DNA from: Actinomycetota bacterium | Lineage (GTDB): Bacteria > Actinomycetota > Acidimicrobiia > Acidimicrobiales > SZUA-35 | NCBI GenBank assembly: GCA_039201605.1 | Contig: JBCCRO010000030.1 | Coordinates: 1,686 to 65,685, forward strand | DNA length: 64,000 bases | Direction of reading: 5' to 3' | Part shown: positions 17,238 to 31,758 of the stretch, one piece after another | How positions within the stretch are numbered: position 1 is the first letter of the stretch | Layout of the letters: each line of letters starts with the position of its first letter | The notes under the pieces: model-generated | The model's database searches: none | Seen by the model: the letters and a program-made list of their open reading frames with translations, nothing else | Told to the model about the DNA's origin: nothing | Program-made: the position numbers and the translations under genes

Positions 17238-18371
17238 CTAGTTGTTGCTATGGCCGTTGCCGTTGACGAAGGTGCTGACCGGCGCAGCGGCGGTCAGGTC
17301 GATCGTTTCGGTGGCATCGCTGAGTAGGGACTGACCGGCGTCGAGATCCTCGGCGTCGCCCTCGTCACTCTCATCCGCCTCGGCTGACAGGTCCGCTTCG
17401 GCGGCCGGCATCTCGATGGCGCCGTCGCCCTCGGAGGCATCGGCCTCCGCCTCGCCGCCATTCTCGGCGTCGGAACCGGAACCGGAGTCGGCAGCGGCCT
17501 CGACCGAGCCGTTGTCCTCGGCGGCGGGAGCGTCCACCTCGTCGTCGCTCTCGGCCGCATCCGCCAGATCGACCACCGCATCGGTGTCGACGTCATCGGC
17601 CGACTCGTCGCCTGCCGACTCGGGCTCAGCGTCGGCGTCGACGACGACCTCGTCCTCCGCCGCGACGTCCACGCCCTCGTCCGACACGATCGCTTCGACG
17701 GCCGAGCCCTCATCCTCGGCGGTGGCTGGCTCGTCGTCGGCGGGTGAAGACGAATCGGCCTCGGCCTCAGCCTCAGCCTCAGCTTCGGTGGTCGGTGCCG
17801 CCTCGACCAGACCGACGGCGGCAAGCGCCTCGTTGGCCTCGGCGTTGAGACCGGACAGACCGCCGCGGGCGATGGCCTCCAGGCCGGCGACCAGGGACTG
17901 GCGAGTGGCGTCCAGGTCTTCGACTTTGGCCCTCAGGATCGACTCGGCCTTGTCGTAGCGCTCGCGAGCGTCCTGATGGCGGACGTCGAGCTCGGCCTGC
18001 AACGCCTCGAACTTCTCCAGCTCGGCGGCATGGCGTGCCTTTCGGTCCTGCTCGGCCTCCTGGCTGAGTGTGGCCGCCTCGGCCTGGGCCGTTCGGACGA
18101 TGTCGGCCGCATCGCGCTCGGCGTCCTCGCGCGCCTGCTGGGCCGCCACCTCGGCCGAGTCGAGCTGGACGGCCCGCTCGTGCTCGGTGCGCTCACGCTC
18201 GGCGGCGGCCGCCTTCAGCGTCACGACCTCGTCCTCGAGGGCGCGAACCTGCGCCTTGCTCTCCTCCAGCGCCTCTCCCCACGCCTCCGCCTGCCGCACG
18301 AGGAACGCATCGACCTCATCGATGTCGTAGCCCCGACGCACGACCTGGAAGCCCCGCTGATTGGTGCTCAT
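17238..18371 (-). CDS. DivIVA domain-containing coiled-coil protein with long acidic tail
   Basis: Trimmed to ATG 18369-18371 (GGAAGGAG upstream). N-terminal FQVVRRGYDIDEVDAFL DivIVA signature, a coiled-coil A/E/R-rich middle, and an EAEAEAEA / D,E,A-rich C-terminus. Confidence 0.85.
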   Translation of the reverse strand: MSTNQRGFQVVRRGYDIDEVDAFLVRQAEAWGEALEESKAQVRALEDEVVTLKAAAAERERTEHERAVQLDSAEVAAQQAREDAERDAADIVRTAQAEAATLSQEAEQDRKARHAAELEKFEALQAELDVRHQDARERYDKAESILRAKVEDLDATRQSLVAGLEAIARGGLSGLNAEANEALAAVGLVEAAPTTEAEAEAEAEADSSSPADDEPATAEDEGSAVEAIVSDEGVDVAAEDEVVVDADAEPESAGDESADDVDTDAVVDLADAAESDDEVDAPAAEDNGSVEAAADSGSGSDAENGGEAEADASEGDGAIEMPAAEADLSAEADESDEGDAEDLDAGQSLLSDATETIDLTAAAPVSTFVNGNGHSNN

Positions 18372-18533
18372 CCGCCTTCTCCTTCCCGCCCCCACACACC
18401 CGAAGTCGATCGACTCAGGCGACGAGTTCCCGGGAAGTATACGATGCTCAACGGTCCGGAGTCCCGCCCATGAGGGCTAGGGAAAGGTGACCGGACTAGG
18501 TTCGATGGGTTCGACCAACTGAGGCGGAGCAGT

Positions 18534-19931
<1,398 letters not shown>

Positions 19932-20359
19932 GCCCGAGCCGGCGCGCGGCCTCGACGCTGTCCTGCCTCCGGGCCAAGATGAGGGGGCTCAGCCGAACGC
20001 GGCGGCCAGTGAAGCTCATCCGGTGGACAAGATCGCCGTTCGCAAGCTCGGCGGCTTCAACCTCATCACCCCCGAGCAATGGGGTGCGATATCCGCCGCA
20101 GACCGCAAGGAACTGATCAAGACCAACATGGTCACCTTCCTCTACGAGGGCGAGGAAGTGCCGCTCAAGCCGGCCCTGCTGGGTATCCGCCGCCAGCTGC
20201 AGGCGCAGGCCGAGTACGACGGTGTCGGCCAGCAACCGGGGTCGATCCAACCCCGACCGGCCGATTCCTGATCATCACCGCCGGGCACCGGTGATGCGAC
20301 ATGACAGCGAGGCGAGGCGCGGAACGGTCCGGCCTCGCCCAATGACCTAGCGAAGGGGC

Positions 20360-21601
20360 GTGAACAACGTGGCGGGACCCGACAGGCAGTATGGGCGGGC
20401 GAAGAGAGCACGAGGACGGCGGAACTTCCTCCGGGTGGCGGGGGCCGGTGCGGTGACGGCGGCCGTCGGTGCCAGTGCGTACACGACACTCCGGGACGAC
20501 GCCACGGGCACGGCATCGTCCCCCGAGGCCGGCGGGACGACCACGACGGCCCCGGGTTCGACGACGACGTCGGCGTTGACCGATGCCACCCCCCAGCCGG
20601 TTGCCACCGAGGCCACCGAGGTCGTCGAGTGGGTGATGCCGACCAGTTGGCCCACGTCGCTCCCCGTCCTGTGGGGTAACTGCGAGCTGTTCGCCGAACG
20701 GGTGGGCGAGCTGACCGGTGGCGGCTTCCGGATCACCCCCCAACCGGCGGGCGCCGTGGCCGATCCCATCGGCCTGCTCGACGTGGTCGAGGCGGGCGAC
20801 TTCAGCGTCGGTTCCTCGGCCACCTACTACTACATCGGACGGAGCCCGGTGCTGGCGTTCGGCTCGGCCCTACCCTTCGGCCTCTCCGCCCGCCAGCACA
20901 GCGCCTGGCTGTACTACGGCGGCGGCCTGGAGATCCTCAACGACTACTACGCCCGCAACTTCAACATGATCCAGTTCCCGGCGGGCAATACCGGGGCCCA
21001 GATGGGCGGCTGGTTCACCCGTGAGGTGTCGAGTCTCCAGGATCTCGAGGGCCTGCGGATGCGCATCCCCGGCCTCGGCGGCTCCGTCATGGCGCGCCTG
21101 GGGGTGGACGTGATCAACCTCGGCGCCGGCGAGATCCTGCAGGCCTTGTCCACCGGCGAGATCGACGCCGCCGAATTCGTCGGCCCCTTCGACGATGCCA
21201 ACCTCGGCCTGCAGGGCGGCGCCCCGTTCTACTACTACCCGGGCTTCTGGGAGCCGGGGGCCTCGCTCGACATGATGGTGAACCTCGACGCCTGGAACGC
21301 GCTCCCGGTCGGCTACCAGCACGCCTTCCGGGCCGCCGCCTTCGAGTCGCAGATCCGGGTGACGGCGGAGTACGACGCCAACAACGGCCAGGCCCTCAAC
21401 GACCTCCTGGCCAACGGGACGGAGCTGCGACAGTTCCCCGACGACCTCCTCCAGGCGGCGCGGGCGGCGTCGGCCATCGTGCTCGACGAGATCGCCGCCG
21501 GTGATCCCGAGTTCGCCATCATCCTGGAGGAATGGCGCAACTTCCGACGCCAAGTGAGTCGCTGGTTCTCGCTGGCCCAGTTCTCCGCCGACTCCCTCTA
21601 G
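20360..21601 (+). CDS. TRAP-transporter solute-binding protein (DctP/FcbT1-like, COG4663 type) with Tat signal
   Basis: RRNFLRVAGAGAVTAAVGASA twin-arginine signal. TSWPTSLP, YYYIGRSP, PFGLSARQHSAWLYYGGGLE, GNTGAQMGGWFTRE, GEIDAAEFVGPFDD. No dctQ/dctM genes nearby. Confidence 0.85.
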   Translation: MNNVAGPDRQYGRAKRARGRRNFLRVAGAGAVTAAVGASAYTTLRDDATGTASSPEAGGTTTTAPGSTTTSALTDATPQPVATEATEVVEWVMPTSWPTSLPVLWGNCELFAERVGELTGGGFRITPQPAGAVADPIGLLDVVEAGDFSVGSSATYYYIGRSPVLAFGSALPFGLSARQHSAWLYYGGGLEILNDYYARNFNMIQFPAGNTGAQMGGWFTREVSSLQDLEGLRMRIPGLGGSVMARLGVDVINLGAGEILQALSTGEIDAAEFVGPFDDANLGLQGGAPFYYYPGFWEPGASLDMMVNLDAWNALPVGYQHAFRAAAFESQIRVTAEYDANNGQALNDLLANGTELRQFPDDLLQAARAASAIVLDEIAAGDPEFAIILEEWRNFRRQVSRWFSLAQFSADSL

Positions 21602-21628
21602 GCACCCGATCCTGGAGTCACCCGTCGG

Positions 21629-22888
21629 TTGATCCCGGCGGCTAGGTTGCCCTCCGTGGGAGGGGAGACCACAGCCGCCGGGTCGTCCGCTGCGAGCGCT
21701 CCGGCGCTCTATGTCGTCGTCGGCGCGCTCCTCCTGGCGCTGACCGTCGCCGTCGGCGGCCGCAGCGACCCGGCCGAACGGTCGACCATCGAGGCGCTGA
21801 CCCCGGTCGGCGATGGGGCCGATGGCGGGACCGCGGCCGGGGGCGACGGGGCGGACGGGGCGGACGGGGCGGAGGTCGACGCCGGGGTCGGCGAGGTCGA
21901 GTCCGTCGCCAACACCACCACGACCACTACGACCACTGCGACACCGTCGACCACCGAACCCCCGACTGGGCCGGTGACCATCGCCTTCGGTGGTGACGTG
22001 CACTTTGAGGGCTTCCTCGGCCAAGCCCTGGCCGACGAGCCGCTGACCATGCTCGACCCGGTGGCCGACATGATGGCCGACGCCGATCTCGCCATCATCA
22101 ACCTGGAGACCGCCATCACCGAGCGGGGCTCCCCGTCGGCCAAGCAGTTCAACTTCCGGGCCCCGCCGGCCGCCTTCGACGCCCTTCGGGCCGCCGGTGT
22201 CGACGTGGTCTCCATGGCCAACAACCACGGCCTCGACTTCGGGCCCGACGGCCTCGACGACTCGTTGCTGTACGCGGCCGAGGCCGACTTCCCCGTGGTC
22301 GGCATCGGCCGCAACGCCGAGGAGGCCTACGCCCCGTGGTCGACCACGATCAATGGGCAGCGCATCGCCGTCATCGGCGCCACCCAGGTGCTCGACAGTT
22401 CGTTGATCGCCACGTGGACGGCCACCGACGAGCAGGCCGGCCTGGCCTCGGCCAAGGAGGTCGACACCCTCGCCGGCGCCGTGGCCGCCGCCCGGGACGA
22501 GCACGACACGGTGATCGTGTTCCTCCACTGGGGGATCGAGGGCGACACCTGCCCCGCCCCCCGACAGCTGGAACTGGCCGACACCCTGGTCGAGGCCGGG
22601 GCCGACCTGATCGTCGGCGGGCACGCCCACCGGGTGCAGGGCGGGGGCCGCAAGGGCGACGCCCTCATCCACTACGGGCTCGGCAACTTCGTCTTCTACA
22701 CCGAGGGCGGCGCCGGGACGACGTCGGGTGTGCTCCGGGTGACGATGGACGGACGAAGGGTCGAGGACTACGAGTGGATTCCCGCCCGCCTCGACCGGGG
22801 GGTGGCCACCCGCCTGACCGGCGACGAGGCGGTGGCCGCCGTCTCCGCCTGGGACGACCTCCGGGCCTGCACTGACCTGTCGGCCTGA
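21629..22888 (+). CDS. CapA-family (poly-gamma-glutamate capsule synthesis/metallophosphatase-like) membrane-anchored protein
   Basis: TM anchor YVVVGALLLALTVAV, low-complexity linker (GADG repeats, Thr run), then IAFGGDVHFEG, MANNHGLDFG, FLHWGIEG, GGHAHRVQG. Confidence 0.85.
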   Translation: MIPAARLPSVGGETTAAGSSAASAPALYVVVGALLLALTVAVGGRSDPAERSTIEALTPVGDGADGGTAAGGDGADGADGAEVDAGVGEVESVANTTTTTTTTATPSTTEPPTGPVTIAFGGDVHFEGFLGQALADEPLTMLDPVADMMADADLAIINLETAITERGSPSAKQFNFRAPPAAFDALRAAGVDVVSMANNHGLDFGPDGLDDSLLYAAEADFPVVGIGRNAEEAYAPWSTTINGQRIAVIGATQVLDSSLIATWTATDEQAGLASAKEVDTLAGAVAAARDEHDTVIVFLHWGIEGDTCPAPRQLELADTLVEAGADLIVGGHAHRVQGGGRKGDALIHYGLGNFVFYTEGGAGTTSGVLRVTMDGRRVEDYEWIPARLDRGVATRLTGDEAVAAVSAWDDLRACTDLSA

Positions 22889-22910
22889 GCGGCCCGCGCC
22901 GAACGCGGCT

Positions 22911-22930
22911 TTGTCGACAATCTTGTCAAC
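22911..22930. promoter_or_regulatory. tandem GntR-type operator half-sites TTGTCGACAA-TC-TTGTCAAC upstream of ligU
   Basis: Read directly. Same TTGTnnACAA-TC-TTGTnnAC architecture as at 28206-28227. Confidence 0.5.
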
Positions 22931-22949
22931 TTTTTGGCACACTCATCCG

Positions 22950-24086
22950 GTGACCGCTGGCGTCCCCTGCATGGTGCTTCGGGGAGGCTCCTCCAAGGGT
23001 GCCTTCTTCCTCGCCGCCGACCTGCCGACCGATGAGGGCGAACGCGACGACCTGCTGTGCCGGATCATGGGCACGCCCGATGATCGACAGATCGACGGGA
23101 TCGGGGGCGCCCACCCGCTGACGTCCAAAGTGGCCGTCGTCGCCCCCGCCGCCGATCCGACCCGGGCCGACATCGACTACCTCTTCCTTCAGGTGGGAGT
23201 AGGGGAGCGAATCGTGACCGACCGCCAGAACTGCGGCAACCTGCTCGCCGCCGTCGGGCCCTTCGCCCTCGAACGCGGTCTCCTCCCGACCCGGCCGGCC
23301 CAGCCGACCTCGTCGGCCGTCGCCGACGACGGACACCGCAGCGTCCGCATCCGCATGGTCAACTCCGACTCGGTGGCAACCGCCCGCTTCCCGGTGGCCG
23401 ACGGACTCCCCGTGTACCAGGGCGACACGGCGATCGCCGGCGTCCCCGGCACCGCCGCCACCATCACCCTCGACTTCGAGGACCTGGCCGGCGGCACGGC
23501 GGGCGCCCTTCTCCCCACCGGCAACGCCGTGGACGAGGTGGCGGGCACGCCCTGCACCCTCATCGACAACGGGATGCCCGTCGTCGTGTTGGCGGCCGAG
23601 TCGGTCGGCCTCTCCGGCCACGAGCCGTGCGCCGTCCTCGAGGCCGACGACGACCTCCGTCGCCGACTGGAGGCCATCCGCCTGGAGGCGGGGCCCCGCA
23701 TGGGCCTCGGCGACGTCGCCGCCACCACCATCCCCAAGCTGACCATGGTCTCGGCTCCCCGCAGCGGCGGCCATCTCGCCACCCGGACCTTCATCCCCCA
23801 TCGCTGCCATCAGGCGATCGGTGTGCTCGGGGCGGTCTCGGTGGCGACGGCCGCCCTGCTCGACGGCGCCCCGGCCGCCCGGCACCTGGCGGCCGTCGAC
23901 GGCGACCTCGTGCGGCTCGAGCATCCCACCGGCACCTTCGACGCCGTGGTCGGGGTGATGGCCGGTCCCGACGGTGTGCGGGTGGAGCGGGCCGGCATCG
24001 TCCGCACCGCTCGCAAGCTCATGGACGGCCTGGTCTTCCCCCGCACCCCGGACGCCGTCGGTGCCGACGGCACCGCGATCGACTGA
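22950..24086 (+). CDS. ligU: PrpF-family isomerase, likely 4-oxalomesaconate tautomerase
   Basis: VPCMVLRGGSSKGAFFLAADLP N-terminal PrpF signature, in the context of the lig cluster. The track start TTG 22911 lies inside the operator, so GTG 22950 is preferred. The start remains uncertain. Confidence 0.8.
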   Translation: MTAGVPCMVLRGGSSKGAFFLAADLPTDEGERDDLLCRIMGTPDDRQIDGIGGAHPLTSKVAVVAPAADPTRADIDYLFLQVGVGERIVTDRQNCGNLLAAVGPFALERGLLPTRPAQPTSSAVADDGHRSVRIRMVNSDSVATARFPVADGLPVYQGDTAIAGVPGTAATITLDFEDLAGGTAGALLPTGNAVDEVAGTPCTLIDNGMPVVVLAAESVGLSGHEPCAVLEADDDLRRRLEAIRLEAGPRMGLGDVAATTIPKLTMVSAPRSGGHLATRTFIPHRCHQAIGVLGAVSVATAALLDGAPAARHLAAVDGDLVRLEHPTGTFDAVVGVMAGPDGVRVERAGIVRTARKLMDGLVFPRTPDAVGADGTAID

Positions 24087-24093
24087 GGCGACG

Positions 24094-25002
24094 ATGGCAT
24101 CGACGAATCCCCCGCACGAGTTCCCCCTGGAGCGCACGGTTCCCGGCCCCCGGCCGGAAGCCTCGGCACCGACGGCGTTCGACCCTCCACCTCTGGCCTG
24201 CGACGCCCACTGCCACGTGTTCGGTCCGGCCGATCGCTTCCCCTTCTCGTCGACCCGCACCTACACCCCGCCGGACTCCGGCATCGACGACTTCGGACGG
24301 CTGCAGGCCCGACTCGGTCTCCAGCGGGCGGTATTCGTCCAGGCCAGCTGTCACGGGGCCGACAACGCCGCCATGCTCGACGCCATCGATCGGGGGGCCG
24401 GCCGCTACGCCGGCGTCGCCATGATCGACCCCACCTTCACCGACGACGACCTGGCCCACCTCGACGCCAACCAGGTGCGGGGCATCCGCTTCAACTTCGT
24501 GGCCCACCTCGGGGGCGCCCCCGACCTGGACGTGTTCCGTCAGCTGGTCGGCCGGGTGGCCCCGCTCGGCTGGCACATCGTGCTCCATCTCGACGCCCGG
24601 GATTTCGCCCGCTACAGCAGCCTGCTCGATGCGCTGCCCGTGCCCTACATCATCGACCACATGGCCAGGGTCCCGGCGGCCGACGGTCTCGACCAGGAGC
24701 CGTTCCAGCGTCTCCTCGAGCGGTTCGACACCGACGAGCGTTGCTGGGTGAAGATCTCCTGCGCCGAGCGACTGACCGAGGGGCGGGTCGCCCCCTACGA
24801 CGACGTCGTCCCCTTCGCCCGGGCCCTGGTGGACTGCGCCCCCGACCGGCTTCTGTGGGGCACCGACTGGCCCCACCCCAACCTCGTCGACATGCCCGAC
24901 GAGGGCGAGCTGCTCGATCTGCTCGCCGCCTTCGTGCCCGACGAGGTCGCTCGCACCCGGATCCTGGTCGACAATCCGGCCGTGCTCTACGACTTCGATT
25001 GA
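24094..25002 (+). CDS. ligI: amidohydrolase-2 family, likely 2-pyrone-4,6-dicarboxylate lactonase
   Basis: Track ORF 23974-25002 trimmed to ATG 24094. CDAHCHVFGP (HxH), ...WGTDWPHP near the C-terminus. 302 aa. Confidence 0.8.
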   Translation: MASTNPPHEFPLERTVPGPRPEASAPTAFDPPPLACDAHCHVFGPADRFPFSSTRTYTPPDSGIDDFGRLQARLGLQRAVFVQASCHGADNAAMLDAIDRGAGRYAGVAMIDPTFTDDDLAHLDANQVRGIRFNFVAHLGGAPDLDVFRQLVGRVAPLGWHIVLHLDARDFARYSSLLDALPVPYIIDHMARVPAADGLDQEPFQRLLERFDTDERCWVKISCAERLTEGRVAPYDDVVPFARALVDCAPDRLLWGTDWPHPNLVDMPDEGELLDLLAAFVPDEVARTRILVDNPAVLYDFD

Positions 25003-25079
25003 GGGGCCACAGCCGGTCGTCGGTCGCCGTGCACCGGTGGTCTGCGATGTAGCGCTCCCCGGCCGGAGCGATCAACAAC

Positions 25080-25112
25080 ATTGTCAACAATGGCGCCCAG
25101 GATTGTTGACAC
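25080..25112. promoter_or_regulatory. inverted pair of GntR-type sites ATTGTCAACAAT ... ATTGTTGACAC upstream of the GntR gene
   Basis: 25080-25091 and 25102-25112. TGTCAACAAT and ATTGTTGACA are reverse complements. 70-100 bp upstream of ATG 25180. Confidence 0.5.
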
Positions 25113-25179
25113 GGTTGTCGTCGGGCGGGAAAGTGGGCATGCGTCACAACCGGCGCAAGAGCCGCAAAACTCGAGGGTG

Positions 25180-25836
25180 ATGGCAGATACGACGCACGCA
25201 CAGCCGACGGTGACCGACGCCCTGCGGGCGGACATCCTCGCCGGTCGGTTCGAGCCCGGGGATCGTCTGCTCGAGGTGGCACTGTCGGAGCACTACGCCG
25301 TCGGCCGCGCCGCCATCCGCTCGGCCCTGGTCGAGCTCACCACCGAAGGGCTGGTCCAGCGGCAGACCAATCGGGGTGCCGTCGTCCGCCGCATCTCGAT
25401 CGAAGAGGCCATCCAGATCAACGAGGCCCGCGCCGCCCTCGAGAGCCTGATCGCGGCCAAGGCGGCCAGCATCGCCACCGCCGAGGAGCGGGTGGAGCTG
25501 CAGGGGATCATCGATCGGATGCGGGCGGCCGTCGCCGAGGACCGGGGCGGCGACTATTCCGATCTCAACGCTCTTCTCCACCGACGGCTTCGGGAGATGG
25601 GCGGCCATGTCGTTGCGGCCGAGCTGGTCGACAACCTGCGCAACCGGGCCGCCCACCACCAGTACCGGTTGGCCCTGATGCCCGGGCGTCCCGGTCAGTC
25701 GTTGGAGCAGCACGCCTCGATCGTCGACGCCGTGGTCGCCGGCGATGAGGACGGGGCGGCCGAGGCCATGCGGGTCCACCTGCTGTCGGTCATCGATGTG
25801 CTGCGCCGCTGGGGCGACGCCTCCGGCATCGGTTGA
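25180..25836 (+). CDS. GntR-family transcriptional regulator with FCD (FadR C-terminal) domain
   Basis: Trimmed to ATG 25180. wHTH LLEVALSEHYAVGRAAIRSALVELTTEGLV. FCD-like INEARAALESLIA ... HASIVDAVVAGD. Confidence 0.85.
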   Translation: MADTTHAQPTVTDALRADILAGRFEPGDRLLEVALSEHYAVGRAAIRSALVELTTEGLVQRQTNRGAVVRRISIEEAIQINEARAALESLIAAKAASIATAEERVELQGIIDRMRAAVAEDRGGDYSDLNALLHRRLREMGGHVVAAELVDNLRNRAAHHQYRLALMPGRPGQSLEQHASIVDAVVAGDEDGAAEAMRVHLLSVIDVLRRWGDASGIG

Positions 25837-25875
25837 CACGTCGATTGCCGACCGCCCCTGCAGTAGCGTCGGGCC

Positions 25876-26397
25876 ATGGGCTACGTGATCCGTGAGCCGG
25901 TCGAAGGCGACGCCGCTGAGATGGGCTCGGTCCACGTCCGGGCCTGGCAGGCCGCCTACCGGGGGATCATGCCCGACGACTACCTCGACGCCCTGTCGGC
26001 GGACGAGCGGGCGGCGATGTGGCGGGAGGGTTTGGCCAATCCCCCTCGGGAGCGGTTCGCCCGCCGGGCGGTCGAGGCCGAGGACGGTCGATTGGTCGGC
26101 TTCTGCGTCGTCGGTCCGGAGGGGGCCGACGAGGGGGCGGCGGGCGGCGAGCTCTACGCCATCAATCTCGACCCCGACCACTGGGGCACCGGGGCCGGTC
26201 CCGCCCTCATCGATGCCGGGCTGCGGGCCCTGGTCGACGCCGGGTTCGGCGAGGCCGTCCTGTGGGTGGCGCCCGGCAACGCCCGCGCCCGCCGCTTCTA
26301 CGAACGGGAGGGTTGGGTGGCCGACGGCGCCGAGCGGACCGACGAGGTGCTCGGCGTGGTCGTCGAGGAGGTGCGGTACCGGCGGTCGTTGCCGTAG
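25876..26397 (+). CDS. GNAT-family N-acetyltransferase
   Basis: 173 aa. LYAINLDPDHWGTGAGPALI (acetyl-CoA loop Q/RxxGxG/A) and ARRFYEREGW. Confidence 0.85.
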   Translation: MGYVIREPVEGDAAEMGSVHVRAWQAAYRGIMPDDYLDALSADERAAMWREGLANPPRERFARRAVEAEDGRLVGFCVVGPEGADEGAAGGELYAINLDPDHWGTGAGPALIDAGLRALVDAGFGEAVLWVAPGNARARRFYEREGWVADGAERTDEVLGVVVEEVRYRRSLP

Positions 26398-26448
26398 GGG
26401 TCGCCGGGCCCGCCGTCGGGCCGACCGGGTGTCACGGGGTCGGCCGGT

Positions 26449-27150
26449 TCAGTCGAGGTAGACGACGCCCAGATCGTCGAGCGTGGCCCGCAGGCTGTAG
26501 AGGTCGAGCCCGAGTTCACCCGCCTGCAGCTTGGTCCGCGTCGCCTCCTCCTTGGCCAGCCGGGCCTGCGACTGCTCGAGGCCCCAGGCCGCCTCGGCCC
26601 GGGGCACCACCACCACGCCGTCGTCATCGGCGCAGACGACATCACCGGGGTGGATGATCACCCCGTCGATCGAGATCGGCACGTTGACCGAACCGGGGGT
26701 GGCCTTGACCGTCCCCTGGCACGATACGTGGCGGGTCCACACCGGGAAGCCCATCTGACGGAGATCGAGGGTGTCGCGCACGCCTGCGTCCATCACCAGC
26801 GCCCGCACCCCCCGGGCCTGGAGCGAGGTGGCGATCAGGTCGCCGAACATGCCGTGGGTGCTCGGCGTCGTGGTCGCCACCACCAGCACGTCGCCCGGCC
26901 GGCAGACCTCGATGGCGGCGTGGATCATGATGTTGTCGCCCGGGTGGCTGAGCACCGTGACGGCGGTGCCGGCGACGCGGACGTCCCGCTGGATCGGCGC
27001 CACGTCGGGTCCGAGGTAGCCGCGTCGACCGATGGCCTCGTGCACGGTGGCGGTGCCGATCGGGGCCAACCCGTCGACGAGGTCGAGCGGGGTGCGGTCG
27101 ATCGAACGGACGACGACGTGGAGGTCGGGGGCGGAGGTGGGGTCGGTCAT
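26449..27150 (-). CDS. ligK: RraA-like class II aldolase, likely 4-carboxy-4-hydroxy-2-oxoadipate aldolase/oxaloacetate decarboxylase
   Basis: TATVHEAIGRRGYL, HPGDNIMIHAAIE, GDVVCADDDGVVVVP. ATGA overlap with the ligJ stop. Confidence 0.85.
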   Translation of the reverse strand: MTDPTSAPDLHVVVRSIDRTPLDLVDGLAPIGTATVHEAIGRRGYLGPDVAPIQRDVRVAGTAVTVLSHPGDNIMIHAAIEVCRPGDVLVVATTTPSTHGMFGDLIATSLQARGVRALVMDAGVRDTLDLRQMGFPVWTRHVSCQGTVKATPGSVNVPISIDGVIIHPGDVVCADDDGVVVVPRAEAAWGLEQSQARLAKEEATRTKLQAGELGLDLYSLRATLDDLGVVYLD

Positions 27151-28157
27151 GGGAGCACCAATCGGGGGAAGACGCGTCGGGCGTTGTGGTGGAAGATCTT
27201 GTCCCGAGCCTCGTCGTCGAGGTCGGCATGATCAAGGTAGGCCTTGGTGTCGTCCCAGTACCGACCGGTCTCGGCGTCCACCCCACGGACGGCCCCCACC
27301 ATCTCCGAGGCGAAGAGGATGTTGTCGGTCGGCACCACGTCGAGGAGGAGATCGATGCCGGGCTGGTGGTAGACGCAGGTGTCGAACCAGATGTGGTCGA
27401 GCAGGCCGTCGAAGTCCCACCCCTTGTCCTGGGCCATGCCCTTGAACCGGCCCCAGTGGTAGGGGACCGCTCCGCCGCCGTGGGGGATGATCCACCGCAG
27501 GCCGGGGAAGTCGGCCATGAAGCCCGAGCTGAGCGCCTGCATGAACGCGGTGGTGTCGGCGCCGAGGTAGTGGGAGCCGGTGGTGAAGAAGTGGTCGTTG
27601 CAGGCGGCGGACACGTGGATCATGCCGGGGACGTCGAGCTCGCACATCGTCTCCCACAGCGGCCACCAGTAGCGGTCGTGGAGGGGTGGACCGGTCCAGA
27701 AGCCCCCGGTGGGGTCGGGATTGACGTTGCAGCCGATGAAGCCGAGCTCCTCGACGCAGCGACGGAGCTCGTGCACCGAGCCGTCGATGGCGACGCCGGG
27801 CGACTGGGGGAGCTGGCACACCGGGGCGAAGTTGTCGGGGTAGAGGTCGCACACCCGGCGGATCAGTTCGTTCTGATGCTCGGTCCAGAACAGCGAGGTG
27901 TGCTCGTTGCCGATGTGGTGGGCCATCCACGACGCCCGGGGCGAGAAGATCGTGAGATCGGTGCCCCGGTCGCGCTGCAGCTTGAGCTGGGCCCCCTCCA
28001 GCGACTGGCGGATCTCGTCATCGGTGACGGCCATGGCGCCCTTGGTGCCGACGTGGGCCGGATCGGCGGCAACCGCCGCCTTCTGGGCCTCGCGCCAATC
28101 GGCGACGCCGTCGGGCGTGGTGGTGTAGTGCCCGTGGCAGTCGATGATCGGGGTCAC
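27147..28157 (-). CDS. ligJ: amidohydrolase-2 family, likely 4-oxalomesaconate hydratase
   Basis: MTPIIDCHGHYTTTP start and ...IIPHGGGAVPYHWGRF. 336 aa. Sits in the lig cluster. Confidence 0.8.
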   Translation of the reverse strand: MTPIIDCHGHYTTTPDGVADWREAQKAAVAADPAHVGTKGAMAVTDDEIRQSLEGAQLKLQRDRGTDLTIFSPRASWMAHHIGNEHTSLFWTEHQNELIRRVCDLYPDNFAPVCQLPQSPGVAIDGSVHELRRCVEELGFIGCNVNPDPTGGFWTGPPLHDRYWWPLWETMCELDVPGMIHVSAACNDHFFTTGSHYLGADTTAFMQALSSGFMADFPGLRWIIPHGGGAVPYHWGRFKGMAQDKGWDFDGLLDHIWFDTCVYHQPGIDLLLDVVPTDNILFASEMVGAVRGVDAETGRYWDDTKAYLDHADLDDEARDKIFHHNARRVFPRLVLP

Positions 28158-28205
28158 GTGCCGGTCTTCTCCGTCTACTCGCTCGATTTGCGGCTAGGGT
28201 ACCGA

Positions 28206-28242
28206 TTGTTCACAATCTTGTGCACAACAAATCTTGTGTACC
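28206..28242. promoter_or_regulatory. three GntR-type sites TTGTTCACAA-TC-TTGTGCACAA-N6-TTGTGTACC in the divergent ligJK / pobA-ligABC spacer
   Basis: 28206-28215, 28218-28227 (perfect palindrome) and 28234-28242, read directly. Confidence 0.55.
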
Positions 28243-28321
28243 GCAGAGTGATCGTCAAGCATGGCCGATCTCGGGCTCCGGGGCCGGTGGGACGATTCGG
28301 GGTGAACGGGAGGACCATCGC

Positions 28322-31745
<3,424 letters not shown>

Positions 31746-31758
31746 GGGGTCAGGCCGG

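Noticed and set aside
17400-17830. Tandem GCCTCA/GCCTCG repeats (EAEAEA) and a D/E/A-rich region as a non-coding satellite
   Set aside because: They are in frame within the DivIVA-domain gene and form an acidic low-complexity tail. The GADG and Thr-run repeats at 21830-21960 are likewise a linker inside capA.
18470-18533. GlnR box or tRNA-like GGTTCGA motif upstream of amt (GTGACCGGACTAGGTTCGATGGGTTCGAC)
   Set aside because: It resembles the gTnAc-n6-GaAAc GlnR consensus only partially. The GGTTCGA is part of a short direct repeat and no tRNA cloverleaf can be drawn.
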